Of a stretch of 64,000 nt of DNA, positions 13,084 through 26,488 are shown one piece after another. The notes beneath the pieces were generated by a model that was not told the origin of the DNA, did no database searches, and was given only the letters and a program-made list of their open reading frames with translations. The position numbers and the translations under genes were made by a program. The stretch is from Tricharina praecox. Taxonomy: Eukaryota. How positions within the stretch are numbered: position 1 is the first letter of the stretch; each line of letters begins with the position of its first letter. Location of the stretch: the NCBI RefSeq assembly GCF_024521635.1, contig NW_026250412.1, forward strand, positions 496,001-560,000, in the 5' to 3' direction.

Positions 13084-16000
13084 ATGGCGAACAAGGAGCA
13101 AAATCCTCCCGCCGAGGACGAAATGGACGAAGATGATGCGCTCATTTCCTCATTTCTGAACAACCAGGGAATGGATGCGGCCGGTGGAACTTTTGATTTC
13201 GGCGACACTGTCGGAAAAGTCGACGACGCGGTTGACTACGAAGATATCTCCGACGACGATTTACCCCCCGAAGAAGACGCGTCTCCGAAACCCGCCGGCG
13301 ACGATGTCACTATGGATTTAGACGACGACCTACTAGGAGAGCTGGCGCAAGAGGGGGAAGAGGTGGGGGGAGAGGTGGATTTCTCAGAACTGTTTGGCGA
13401 TATGGAGGATCAGAATATGTTGAGCGATCCTGTGGTGCCGCGCGCAGACGACGAGTTGGGGGTTCTGGATGGCGATATGGACTTGGGTTTCAGAGCCTCG
13501 GATGAGGCCGCGCAGCCGCCTTCGGGTGCTGGTTCGGTGGACGATCTGTTTCACTATGGCATGCAGGACATGGCGATGCGACGCGTGACGGCGGTGCAAG
13601 ACCCTGTAGAGCTGGCGAAGCAGTACTATGCCGACTTCACTCCGCACTCGGTCCTGAGTTTTTCCACGCTGTTTAAGGCGAAGCCCGGAACGTTACAGAC
13701 TGGTCCCCAGAAGGTTCCCAAGGTCTGCGTGCCGACTAAGATCAACATCGAGATGGCATCCGACGAGGCCAATCTATTCAACAAGGCTACTAGTGCAACC
13801 CACAAGGGCACTGTGGCAAGCCGCAGCAGAGGCGTAGTGTTCATCGAACCCGCGGTTGAGGAAGTGAGCGATGAAGATGAGGAGATGGAGGATGTAGAGG
13901 ACATGAGGGATGAAATCTTTGATCGCGACCTGGAGATCGCCTGTGATGATTGGGATAGTAAACTTGAAGCGGCGATGTTGACGCCACCCCCATCGCCACC
14001 GAGGGAGCTTCAGGACTTGGACGATGTCATTGAGCTTGGACGTCCCGTCAAAGTATGTCTTCCTGACTTTTGCAATGATTCACTCAACTAATTATTCCTA
14101 GCGCCGACGACTAGAGCCTATGTATCTCGATGTGATCGATTCATGGATTGATGAGGAGGCTATCTTTGAGGGCGACCTTTCGATGATCTCTTCCAAGGTT
14201 GTACTCGATCTGAATGACCCTCATCTCCTGGTCGATATCCGACAACCCGATCAGATCCGACGGACAAGACGAATTGGTGGAGAGTTCAAACGACGTCTTA
14301 ATAAGGACATCACACACAAGTACAACATCAGCAACGATGAGGCGTACGACCTCTTGAAGGAGAACCACCAGAACCGGGTCAGGAGCACAATCGGCCAACT
14401 GAACATCGAGCACACCTTGCCTGCTTTGAGAATGCAATCACCCTACTACAAGACGAAGCTTTCCGTTAAGGAAGCTCGTGCTTTCCATCGACCCAATATG
14501 CACTTTACCACAGAGCACGAAATCCGTTTTGATAAGATCAAGAGTCGGAAGAGGAAGACGTGGAAGGGCAAGGAAATCCAGGAGATCTTTGCCAGTACAA
14601 AAGACATCTCGCTCTCGGATGGCTCGACGTTTGTTCTCCTCGAATACTCGGAAGAATACCCTACTGTCTTGTCCAACTTCGGTATGGGAAGTCGACTCAT
14701 AAATTACTACCGACGAAAGAGCCCAGAGGATGAGTCTCGGCCAAAGATTGAAGTCGGCGAGACGCATGTGCTCATGCCGCAGGATAGGTCGCCGTTCTGG
14801 AATTTCGGAACCGTCGATCCAGGCGAGACGGTACCTACATTGTACAATAAGATGGTGCGCGCACCGATCTTCAGACATGAACCGAAGAATACAGATTTCT
14901 TGGTTGTGAGAAGCAGTTACGACAACGCCAGCAGGTACTACATGAGAAACATCCCATATTTGTTTGTAGTTGGGCAGCTGTTTCCTGTTACCGAAGTCCC
15001 CGGACCGCACTCGCGAAAGGTCACAACGGCAGCTAAAAACAGGCTCAAGATGATTGCTTACCGGGTGGTGAAACGCAAGGAGCAGAAAGCCATCGCTGTG
15101 AAGGACATTTCAAAGCATTTCCCCGAGAATAACGATATGCAAAACCGCCAGAAGATGAAGGAATTCATGCACTATCAGAAACATAGTGGCTTGTGGGAGA
15201 TCAGGCCGGGTGAGGGAGTCATGGACGAGCGACACATCCGGAGCATGATTAAACCTGAGGATATATGCCTGCTCGAGGCCATGCAAGTCGGTGTTCGCAA
15301 CCTGGAAGATTCTGGATATTCGAAGACGGTGGAAGACACAGATGATGATGGCAAGGACATCATGAGTTTAGAGCAGCAACTTACTCCGTGGGTTTCGACG
15401 AAGAACTTCATCAACGCCACCCAGGGCAAAGCCATGCTGCAACTCCATGGCGAGGGTGACCCTAGTGGCCGCGGAGAAGCGTTTAGTTTCGTGAGGACAA
15501 GCATGAAGGGAGGCTTTAAGGATGTTGGGGAGAGTATCGATGAGAAGATGGACAAGCAGCGCTTGAAGGAGCTCGGCGGCCATAGTTACAACGTCGCACG
15601 ACAGCAGAAACAGTACGAAGAAGCCATCGATCGCATCTGGCGTGCACAGCACAAGTCTCTCGCCTCGAATGAGGAGCCCCTGGATATCGACATGGATGGC
15701 GAAAACGGCGGCGGTGACGAAGACGACGACTTATTCGAAGAGGGACGTACACCACGGTCAGAGAGCACCTGGATGCACCGCGATGACGAGACTACGAGTC
15801 AGTTCTCCCGCATGAGTGCAAAGACCCAGAGTCGGAAAGTCCTTCGCATCACCAGGAAGGTCATCAATAAGGATACAGGCGAGCCTGAAACCGCGGTGGA
15901 AGTCGTCCGAGATCCCAAGGTGATCCGACAGTACCTCCAACGGCGCCGGGAAATCGACGCCGAGAAGACACAAGTGGAGACGTTACTACCAACTGGTAAC

Positions 16001-16428
16001 CCCGAGGAAGATAGACTCGCTAGGAGGAGGTAACATTTACCTACCGTTTCTATCCTCTTTTTGTGTGTAATTTACTAACTCCACTTCCGTTTCAGACTAC
16101 AAATCGAACTCGCCCGTCTCCACCGCAACCGCGAGCGCCGCGAAGCCCGCGAGCGCCAATCCGGCAAGAGACCAGCCGCTGATGCCATGTCGCCAGACGC
16201 GCTGATGAGCCCCGGCTCGCCTATGGTGGCCACTCCTAATGTTGGCAAAGCAGCCACCACTAGGAAGTGCGCCACCTGTGGTCAAGCCGGGCACATCCGT
16301 GAGTCCACCCCCATTCCTCATTTCACCTCTGCAGACCACTGACCCCTGTGTGTGTAGGTACAAACAAGAAGCTGTGCCCGAAGCTGAATGGCCAGTGGAA
16401 AGAGCTCGGGATGAGCCCACCGGAATGA
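13084..16428 (+). CDS. TAF1: TFIID subunit 1 (Taf1) with DUF3591 core and C-terminal zinc knuckle
   Basis: Acidic N-terminus (AVDYEDISDDDLP), core motifs YNISNDEAYDLLK, EYSEEYPTVLSNFGMG, PGPHSRKVT and LHGEGDPSGRGEAFSF. Introns about 14054-14101, 16030-16095 and 16299-16357. The spliced zinc knuckle reads RKCATCGQAGHIRTNKKLCP; stop TGA at 16426-16428. Confidence 0.95.
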
Positions 16429-17012
16429 GCTCTCCATAACGGGGGGTTCTCAGTGACACTTTAATACTTTTTTTTTGTACTTTTACTTCAACTTTTTTCT
16501 TTTACTTTTTTCTTTTTTTCGTCTTTGCAATGATGGGTTAGGAGAACATGGCGTAATTGCTTGGGATCTGTTTTTGCTGGAATTCAGTGTTGGCTTAGTA
16601 TTGGAGTAGCGGACAGTTGTACGTAAGATGGGAGATATCATGGGTGTTGTTGAAGCCATGATTGTATTTTGGGATAGAGAGCGGGGGTGAAGAGACCATG
16701 GACAATCATACGAGATCACCCACCGAGTCGTGCCAGAGGGATGAATTCGTGGCCACAACATGGACTTGAGCCCAAACACTTGTAGATACAAAGTACTTGA
16801 CTTCAGCAGGCAATAGCAAAAGCACAAGGTATTTATTCAAAATCAAAAGTTCAGAGCCTACAACACGAGTCCGCAACCCGCCAGAAGTAGCTGTCAAAGA
16901 ACAAAATCAGACATGAAAATAACGTTAGAACTCAATAACCATCAACCCCCAGCCCAATCCTACGGCTCCACCCCCGAGAAACGCCCATTCCATCTCCACC
17001 CCTCTCTCCCAC

Positions 17013-17986
17013 CTAGAAATCACCAACCCACCCCAAAACTATCCCCACAACCGCTGTGGCGACAACCCAAACCCCACTCAGCCCCGCCGCACCTACCAAG
17101 TCACCGCCCTTAACTGTCGCCGCAACACCTGCAGTCGCGCCCGCAGATTGATACGCCGCAACCAGTGCCGTCCTCTTAATAATCTTCCTCGTCTTCGGGC
17201 TCAAATTCTCCATCCACATCTTGGCAACCCAGTTCAGCAGGCCCCCGGCATCCTCCTCAATCCCTTCTTCCTTAATTTGCTTGTTCTCCCCGCCACTGAA
17301 CACCTCCGTGACTGCCCACCCAACCGGCAGCATCATGACCGCACGCGTCAACATCAGCGCCTCGGTGACCAAGTGCACGCTCGCAACGCTCTCCAGCTCC
17401 CAGCCAGAAGTGAGGAGCCATGAGGTGAGGAACTTCTTGGAAGCAACTTGCAGGATCAATTGGTAGATCACGGAGGTGAGGAGTGCGGCCGTGATGCGTG
17501 CCGAGTCGGCCGCAGAGGACCGTGCGTTGTTGTCGGGGCGCAGGAAACGCATCGGGAGATACACGGAGAGGACGTCGATCAACGTGCTGACGGCGAGGGT
17601 CGGAACCAGCGGCGAGTGCGTGGGGTGGTAGGTGTGGAAGTAGTGGAGTCCGGGTGCGAGAGAGAGCATGCTCAGGGACGCGGCTTGAGTCGCTGTTCAA
17701 TTCGTCAGTCCACGGTTCTGCGTCGCGCGGGGGGAGAGGGGAAACTACCATCCCATCCGCCAATCCAATACCCAAGGATCTCCACGATGCGCCATGACAC
17801 CAGGCTCGAGTAATCGGCCAGCGTCTTGATGGGCCTATCCACGGCCGCGAGATCGCCGCTGATCCATGGCGACGCGAGATATCCGAGCAGCGTGGAGAGG
17901 CCCAAGTTCAGCACGACCGCCAGTACAGGCTTCAGCTTTGTAGGAATTTTGCGCGAGGCGCGTCGTAGGGGCGATGTGGATGACAT
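17013..17986 (-). CDS. Hypothetical multi-pass membrane protein (about 305 aa, 2 exons), function unknown
   Basis: Exon 1 17986-17749 (MSSTSPLRR...LAVVLNLGLSTLLGYLASPWISGDLAAVDR...WIGGWD) joins in frame via intron 17748-17693 (GTAGTT..CTGAC..CAG) to the 218-aa ORF. Several hydrophobic segments. Confidence 0.8.
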
Positions 17987-18289
17987 TGCGCAGTGGCCAG
18001 TGGTGAAATGTTGTGTGGATGTGTGTATGTGGGATGCAGGTGATGTGGAGGGATGGTGGAAGGTTGGGGGAGGATAGAGTAGGTAGCAGCCTGGTCGGGG
18101 TTGGCTATGGTGTGACGTAGCGAGAGTTGGTGACGGCTTGGAATTCACCGCACTTTAGTTACTTGGCCACGACATAGTGAAGGCTACCGAGAAACCGGTA
18201 CATTGTACTCAATTATGTACACGCAAAGAAAATTTCTAGATGGATCACACGCACTTCAACGATGAAGCCCCCCCCCCCCCCCCCAAAAA

Positions 18290-18326
<37 letters not shown>

Positions 18327-19442
18327 TACAGAGAATAATGACCAGATACGATCGAGTCCAGAATGATGGTTTCAAACAAAAAACAAACAAAGAGTTCTTC
18401 ACCCACCATGAAATGGAAGCGAGTCGAGCAATGGGAAACGCAAATACAGCATGAATGAATACTAGTATGTAGAATGAAGTCGTAGATACATGTTATGTAC
18501 CAATACATAAAACGCTGGCTCGCACTGACACACAGGACGTGTCAAGGACACGCGACCAATCCATGGGCGACAGATAAGCTTTCATTTTCCACTTTTACAT
18601 ATCCTTCAGCAATATTGATACCCGCCGTGCGATCTGCTCTGTGCCAATTGGTGCCGATCCTTCCTACCCAATTGGCTCGACAAGAATTTAAGTCAGTCAT
18701 AGTTTCCATAAAAGTCCCAGAACATCTCGAACTCCAATTCAGGTCTTGTCCATTCCTGCTAATTCCATTCGAATGCTTCCCCATACGTTGAATCAACTCT
18801 TATGAATACTTACAGCACACGATGCCCATGATATACTCGCTAGATCTGGAGATATTTGGGTATGTGGTTCATGGTTGGCAGTTACATTCACCCATTATCA
18901 CCATATGGATACCCTATTGTCCACTCAGACAATTATGTCCTGCCGCTGCTGTGTACGCAACCACATTCCCCCCAGGTCTGAAGTTGAACCGGAGATCTTG
19001 CAGTAAATAAACCACCCATTCATGATTTCATATCATAGACTATTCTGGGCAGATGCCAGCTTGTGAGTGCTACCTTGTGAAGGAGAGTTCGGCCCCACGA
19101 CATATGTAAACCCGCAAGCGCTAGAGAATAGACTCTCGCCTTAAGGTTCTACACCGAACGCAATGGGAAGATGGAAGTAGACAATTGCGTAATCGAGTCG
19201 TGAATGGAGCCAAAATTGATAGGTAGCGGACTACACTGGACTGCATGTTCACCCCGCAATTCAGTGGAAACTCTCGCCGTTGGTTGGTTGAATATCCCAG
19301 ACTCCATTGTTTACGCCAGTTCCCCAGTATGTAGGACAAATGCACTACACCGCATGACTTGTGTGATTCAGGTCGTCATTTTACCGTGACGTATTTTGGC
19401 CCCTTTCTACAAAAAAAACCCAGTGCGAAATTCGAAAACAGA

Positions 19443-20636
19443 TTACCATTCAACAGCGGCCTCAGCAGCGGGCTGCTCCTCCTGAACGTAGCCCTCGTTT
19501 CCGGTCTCGACCTTGTCTTCCTGGGCAGCCTCCTGGGAAGCCTGCTGGGCGGCAGCGGCAGCAGCAGCAGCCTTGGCACCCTGTAAAGACGGATTAGCTC
19601 TCTGTTGCCCATGATACCGAGATTGAGTGATTCATACGTAGTCCTGAGATGAGGGAGTGGTGATGGGCATCTCCTCCTTGGGCTCAATGACGGTGACGGT
19701 GTCGGGAAGCGACTTGTTGTTTCCGGCCTTGGAGTCAGGGTCGGTTCCACGCATGATCTTGACCTTGATACCGAGGACACCCTGGCGGAGGAGAACGTGA
19801 CGTGTGGCAGAGTCGATAAAGTCGCGGACGGGCTGACCGGAGTGGATCATGAAACCGTCCTACATAGATATCAGCATAGTTTCCTCCATATCTACGAGCA
19901 GGTAACGTACGGTGAACTTCATCGACTTGGCACGGGCAGCACGCAGCTTTCCGGACACAACAACCTCACAACCCTTGGCTCCCGACTCCATGATGAAACG
20001 GAGGACACCGTAGCACGCTCTTCGGACAGCAAGACCGTTGAGGAGCTTGTATCGCAGGGACTCGCACTGGGCGACAGCGCAAAGACCACGGTTCTGGACC
20101 TTGGCGGCGTACAGGGTGACCGAGTTCTCGGGGAACTTGAATCGCTTCTGGACGAGCGAGGTGAGCTCACGGATGCGGCGTCCCTGGTCACCGAGAACCT
20201 CCTGGGTGTGTGTGGCGGAGATAACTGGGAGCTACAGTTAGCGATCGACCTCTATGCAGCCTCGACGAGCATCGTTTGTCGATGCAATGCCCCTCGGTTG
20301 TGTGTATGACGTACTGATGGCGGTGACAGTGGGCGTAACGCGGACCTCAACACCGGAGTATCCCTCCTCAGCCAACTCACGAGTGAAGAACTCGTTCAAC
20401 TCGGCGTAGAAAACACCATCGGCAACAAACTTGCGACGCTTGGAGATGGTAGTGGATTGAGCAGCACTATACGGCGCAACTTCCGTCAGCCCAATTTGCG
20501 TCTGCCAAAACCTCCACTAATCCATATCCACCACCCCGCCCCAGCTTTCCACATTCGTTTCCATTCTCCCATTCCCACACAGCCGCGCTCTTTTGTGGCT
20601 GAACAAATTGCCGTCGAGAGGGGAAGCTTACGCCAT
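19443..20636 (-). CDS. RPS3: 40S ribosomal protein S3 (uS3), 5 exons
   Basis: ATG GC|intron, then [69 protein letters not shown] and [16 protein letters not shown]; stop TAA at 19445-19443. Confidence 0.98.
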
Positions 20637-20801
20637 GGTTGTAGATTTGCTGGGTATTCGAGACCGGGGTTGTCGAGTTGGCTGGTTGTGGAGGGCGGGC
20701 GGTGTATCGTCGTTCGTTCAGTCGTCGTAGTCTCGTTGCACTCAAGCTACATTTCGTGGGGTTCGAAATGTTCGTGTGTGAACAGCCGGACAGTGCGTTC
20801 A

Positions 20802-20855
20802 CTAGGGGTATAGCCCTAAGCGCTAAAAACGGGGTCACAACGAATAGCACGTGAC
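20802..20855. promoter_or_regulatory. Ribosomal-protein promoter module: Tbf1-type palindrome (CTAGGGGTATAGCCCTAA) plus Cbf1 site (CACGTGAC)
   Basis: Near-palindrome at 20802-20819 containing a perfect AGCCCTAA half-site, and GTCACGTG (minus strand) at 20848-20855, about 170-220 bp upstream of the RPS3 ATG. Confidence 0.65.
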
Positions 20856-21072
20856 AAGAGCCCCACTTTAGCCACAAGTTGGCGATGCAGTGTGCGACAT
20901 GTTGATCTTGAGCCCTTGGCCCTCTCATGTATACAGAGCACGCCGAAGTTCATCTGCCCATCACTCGCCTGTGATCCATAAACTTCAATGCCAGCGTGAC
21001 ACGTAGCGCCATTGTAACAGTTGCGGTACGACATTTCAAGAGGGGAGAAATGAAGCTGAAGTAAAATTTGCG

Positions 21073-21855
21073 ATGTTGCTCTGCGATCGTCTCGAGTACC
21101 TGGCTCACCAGTGCACCGCCTTCCCTCCACCGCTCTCTGAGCCAATGGAGGAAGATGACCGTTCCGTCCTTGGTTACCACGGATCTGTCACGTCGCCCAC
21201 CATTGCCAAAAACATCCACCTACTGTACGAAAAGCTTCAGATGATTTTCCGCGGCCGAAACGGAAACGGACGGGGCCGTCAACCCCGCACCAACCGAAGA
21301 AGCTGGCGAGATCCACCTCTCCCATCCCGACGCCTGAGTAATCTGAGCATAGGGAATTGGGGACCGACTCCGTAAAATCCGAACCATTAACATCTAACAT
21401 GTCCGCGGTGCCTACACCTCGCTACACTGAGACGGATGAGGGATGGAAGAAGGTTGAAAAGAAGCGGAAACGGAAAGCGGAGAAGAGAGGGGCGGGATTT
21501 GGAAGAGAGGGAAGCGTCCCATCGCGGGCTGATAAAGCTCGCAGCAGGGGCAGCATTCGCACAGGTAACCGTCTTCATTGGTGGGAACAAGGACTCCAGG
21601 CCGCAAAAGGCACGCAAATCCCACAAACCAGCAGAGCCGGGAAAACCTCCAATGGAGGTACAGATAGGAGGCGATAGAACCCTCAATCAGAAGGGCAGAA
21701 GGTTGGTGGGGAGAGCCAGCGTATCGGCCCGTAGGGGAGAGGGGAGAGAGGAGAGGTGGGAAGGAGCGGGCATGCAGACCCATATCAGTCTTTACCGTGG
21801 ATCTACTTTGCTGGGACAGGCCGGAGGGCAGGGAAAGCCACATCGGGCCGCTTGA
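21073..21855 (+). mobile_element. Possible decayed non-LTR retrotransposon ORF1 (gag-like) fragment
   Basis: Overlapping, frameshifted ORF pieces with a basic EGWKKVEKKRKRK segment, of the kind seen in fungal LINE ORF1 proteins. No reverse transcriptase, endonuclease or zinc knuckle is visible, so support is weak. Confidence 0.25.
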
Positions 21856-22944
21856 TGAAAGTCGGGTTGGACAGTGGCGTGGAAACGGGCGGGGGGGGGG
21901 GGGGGGGTGAACGGGTAGATATTGCCATGATCTAAGGGCCTGTTCTTCTCCCGGTATGTCATTCTGTTACCACACAAATTTGACACATCGTTTTTCACGC
22001 ATAATTTGACTTCATAAGCGTTCGGCTCGGCGCAGTATCTCATTAATATGTCAAGTTAGGCTGCCCAGTTCCGCAACCTCAGCGCCCCCTCCTCCTCTCG
22101 CCTCCTCTCCGCCTGTCTCTCTTCCCGCTCCCTGAACCCCCCCCACTCGATTATATTGCCGGCGAGTGAGTACGAGATTGTCAAGCGAGTGATGGTCTAT
22201 GATTAATAACCTTGCTCGTTGACAGGTCGTATGTACACACAAGGAAGTCCGAGTCGCAATAGTATGTACAAACCTAGTGAAAGTACTCGAGTGTTTCGCT
22301 GCAGTTACCTGTGTGAGTTTCCATGGAATCGGTCGAAATTCGGCCTCAAGCGGTAGTTAAAATTCACTCTGCTGGACGAAGATATGCATTCACGGAGTAG
22401 AGTGCTCTACACGCCCTACAGGGTGACTGCTGTAAAGAATGGTTATCCTCCAGTGATTCTGCTCTTGTGGATTTCAATCCGGAGCCCGGCGTAACTTCGC
22501 TCCGGGCCGGAAATCGCATTCTATGCATCAAGTGACCAACAAGAATTATAATGCACGCCATCTTAACATTTTTATTGGGATTGAATCGACTTGGTAGGTA
22601 AAGGGCTCTTCTGGGGCCATTCCACATCATCTTTGTAATTGAAGCCCTCCGAAACTGCCTGTCAGAGCTAGAGGTGGAGTGACCTGAAGGCTGGGTTACG
22701 TAACCATTTGCGGCTCCGCGATGATGCATGCGATAGCGGGGGGAGCTCTGGTCAACTATAAGCCAGCCATTCACAACAACCGGACACCTTGACACTATCG
22801 ACACACTTCGCCTGGTGTCATTACCACCCTCGGCATACGATCCTACGGCTCTGCATTCTCGGAAACCTCCTACCCTCTAACGCACGATCAGGTCGAAACC
22901 GTCTGGAGGGTTCGGCCTGCTCCAGAAGAGGCGGACAATTTGTC

Positions 22945-25402
22945 ATGGAGCATATTAAAGTCGCGAAAGTGAGTGCCGCACCAGCTCCGCCGGCTCGCTG
23001 CTGAACGATAGAAACTGACACGGCGGGCCCCCCGAAGGTAGACAACGTCGCTATCCTCCATCACGGATCCGAGCAGCGGGGAACCCTACACCTAACCGCC
23101 CATCATCTGATCTTCAGACGTGTCGCTTCCGAAGCCGAACAAGAAGAGCTATCGACATTGTCCACCCCCCAACCCCCAACCGAGATATGGATTGCCTATC
23201 CCATCATTGCGACGGCATTCAGGTATCCGTCGTGCGCGTCGGCTCCTGCCCATGTCAGACTACGGAACAGGGATTTCTCGTTCCTGCAGTTCCGCTTTGA
23301 CACAGATCGTGAATGTCGAGACGTGTTTGATTCGATCAAGGCTTTGACAGTAGTGAGAGGTGGTCTTGAGAAGCTCTACGCCTTCTACTACCAGCCGAAG
23401 TCAAGCGAGCGGAGGTGCAACGGCTGGTTGCTTTACAACCCTGTAAAAGAGTTTGAGCGCATGGGTGTCGGAACTGACAGGAGTAAGGGATGGAGAATCA
23501 CAAATCTCAACCACGATTACTCGGTGCGGTTTTTACCGATGCGTTGATATCGTGAGTATGCACGCTGATGGATGGGTGTAGTTTTCTCCCACATATCCTG
23601 CGACACTGGCTGTTCCAGCAACAATAAGTGATACGACGTTGACCCATGCCAAATCTTATCGTTCCCGAGCTCGAATCCCCGCTTTAACGTCTGTTTCCGA
23701 TCCATCTAGATCACCAACGTACTTGTCAACTGACTCAGCCTTGTGATACAGCTATTTGCATCCCCTCAATAACTGCACGATTACGCGGTGCGCGCAGCCT
23801 CTCACTGGAGTGCGCGGGAATCGTAGCATTCAGGATGAAAAGCTTGTGGCAGCGATATTTGCCTCTTCGCAACCACCAGGATCTTCTCAAACTCCCGCGT
23901 ATCTGCGGAACACGACACCGTCGCCGCTAGGGTCATCCTCGGATCTACCAGCGTTGGAGACGGCGGCGACGCCAACTTCAGATCCCGATTCCCCGGTTGG
24001 CCGGGTGTACGGTGCGCAACAGCGCAACCTCATTGTCGATGCCCGTCCAACGGTCAATGCATACGCCATGCAAGTAGTAGGCATGGGAAGTGAAGACATG
24101 GACAACTATCGACACTGCTCGTCGCCGCCATGCACAAAGATATACCTCGGAATCGATAACATCCACGTCATGCGTGACTCCCTGAACAAAGTGATAGAAG
24201 CGATCAAGGACTCGGATATCACCCCGCTTCCGCCAAACCGAGAGCTTCTGGCCAAGTCGGGATGGTTGAAACACATCGGCCTCATGATGGATGGCACGAG
24301 TGCGATTGTACGACAGGTCGCCGTGGAACACGCCCATGTTCTGGTGCACTGTTCGGACGGCTGGGACCGAACCAGTCAACTCTCGTCGCTTGCGCAGATC
24401 TGTCTGGATCCATACTTCAGGACCATCGACGGTTTCATCACCCTCGTAGAGAAGGACTGGGTGTCGTTCGGTCATCGCTTCCGGGAGCGTTCAGGCTATC
24501 TCGGCCATGAGAAGTGGTTCGTCGAGAAGAGTAGTTATGGACAACCGGCAGCCGCTCCAGAGGAGGGTATTATTGGTGAAGACGAGGACGAGTCAGCGCA
24601 GTCGGCTCCATCGGCGCCCGGCAGAGCAGCCGCGGCGTTTGGCGAAGCGATGTTCGGCCAGGCGAAGAACTTCTTCAGCACGGTTTCAAATGCCAACAAC
24701 GGACGCGCAACGTCTCCAGTTCCAGACATGGATTCGGACGATCTCTACGACCGGCGCACCAAGGTAGCTCGCGTAGTCGAAGCTCCGATGGTGACGAAAC
24801 CGAAAGAAGTGTCTCCAATGTTCCAGCAGTTCCTCGACGGCACGTACCAGCTGATGGCGCAGTACCCGACGCGCTTCGAGTACAACGAACGGTTCCTGCG
24901 TAGGCTGCTGTTCCACCTGTATTCGTGTCAGTACGGGACGTTCCTGCACAACAATGACAAAGAGCGGCTGGACTCGCGTGTCAAGGAGCGCACCCGCAGC
25001 GTGTGGGATTATTTCCTGGCAAGAAGGAAGATGTGGCTCAACGACCAGTACAACCCCGCGTTCGACGGCCAGGAGCACGAGCGCGAGGTCGAGGGCGGCC
25101 GTGTGCTCTTTCCCAGAACCGGCCCCGGCGCTATCAAGTGGTGGGCGCAGTGCTGGGGCCGCGAGGACCACGAGATGAACGGGGCCCCGCCGATCATTGC
25201 TGCTGGTGTTACGGTGGCAGACACAGCAACTCAATCCAGTAGTTCGTCCGCTGCTGCTGCTGCTGGGCCTGCACTTCCGGGAGGAGCAGGAGTCACGGCC
25301 ATGGTCGACAGCGTCAAGGGGTTGACGACGCTGGCCGTTGGCTCAAAGACCCCCCCGGCGCGCAAGGCGAGTGGCGAGGACTTGGGAGTCGAGATGATGT
25401 GA
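22945..25402 (+). CDS. YMR1: Myotubularin-family phosphoinositide 3-phosphatase (Ymr1-like), 4 exons
   Basis: Starts MEHIKVAK|VDNV...GTLHLTAHHLIF (PH-GRAM). Introns about 22969-23037, 23524-23581 and 23689-23751. Intact catalytic motif VHCSDGWDRT, plus EKDWVSFGHRF and YSCQYGTFL. Confidence 0.95.
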
Positions 25403-26345
25403 TGATATGTTGTTGGGATGGTTGGCTGGCTGGGAAGGCGTTGGTTGGGGGGGGGGGGGTGCGAAGAATTTCTCTTTTCAGGGTTGCTGGCTTGCTGGCT
25501 TGCATGTTATCATGAATGCTCTAGGTATGATTGATATTCAGGAGAAGTGGTTCGATACATATGCCCGCAGCAGCAGCAGCAGCGAGAGAGAGAGATCATC
25601 AAGGGAGAGAGCGAGGGAGCGAGTGTTCAGGAGATGGGATGGATGCATGCATGCATGAGGAGTTTCTAGTACTCTGTTTGGTTCGTTCGTCGAGTTCGTC
25701 GGGTTCGTCGGGTTGGGATACTATACTGCTTGCTGGCTGTTGTTTTTCTCTTTCGTTCGATTCGATCAATGCATTTGCAGCGGTTTTTTTCCCCTGGTCT
25801 GGTCTGGTCTGGTCATTGGTCCACTGCCATTTCCCATGGGATCCCATGGGCCATGGGAAGATGCGGTGGACTAGGTACTACAGGTATGATGCTTCGGTTT
25901 CATCGCGGCGATCACATTGGATGTATGGCTGTATGTAGGTCGGCTTTTTTTTGCGGGGCTGGGGGGGGGCAAACACATGTTTCAACTTTCGTCCCTACAA
26001 GGCCACCGCGGCAAGGCCAATGCAAGGCCAAGGGCGATACCCGGGTAGGTACCGTATGTACCGTTCATCCCGTTCATCCCGTTGTGGACCGTGGTAGTTA
26101 TGCGTGTGTACGTGTGTATGCGTGTGTGTATATATCCATCGAAAAGCGCAATCCCGCTGCGGATGCTCGAGCCTTGAGGTGGGAGCGAAGGTAGGGCACC
26201 GCCGAAACTCTATCCCAACGTCCGGCCCACCCACCTCGCCACAGGACTACAGGCCCACAGCACGGCATTTGCCCCCCTCCCTCCTCTCCCCTCGCACTCC
26301 CACGCCTCCCCTTCAATCAAACGCCCTCCGATGCGCGATGAATGC

Positions 26346-26488
26346 TGGGAGATGTGGGAGATGTGGGAGATGTGGGAGATGTGGGAGATGTGGGAGATGT
26401 GGGAGATGTGGGAGATGTGGGAGATGTGGGAGATGTGGGAGATGTGGGAGATGTGGGAGATGTGGGAGATGTGGGAGATGTGGGAGAT
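26346..26488 (+). repeat. Perfect 9-bp tandem repeat (TGGGAGATG), about 16 copies
   Basis: Read directly from the sequence. It produces the spurious WEM, GDV, RCG, PHL and SPT repeat ORFs. Confidence 0.97.
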
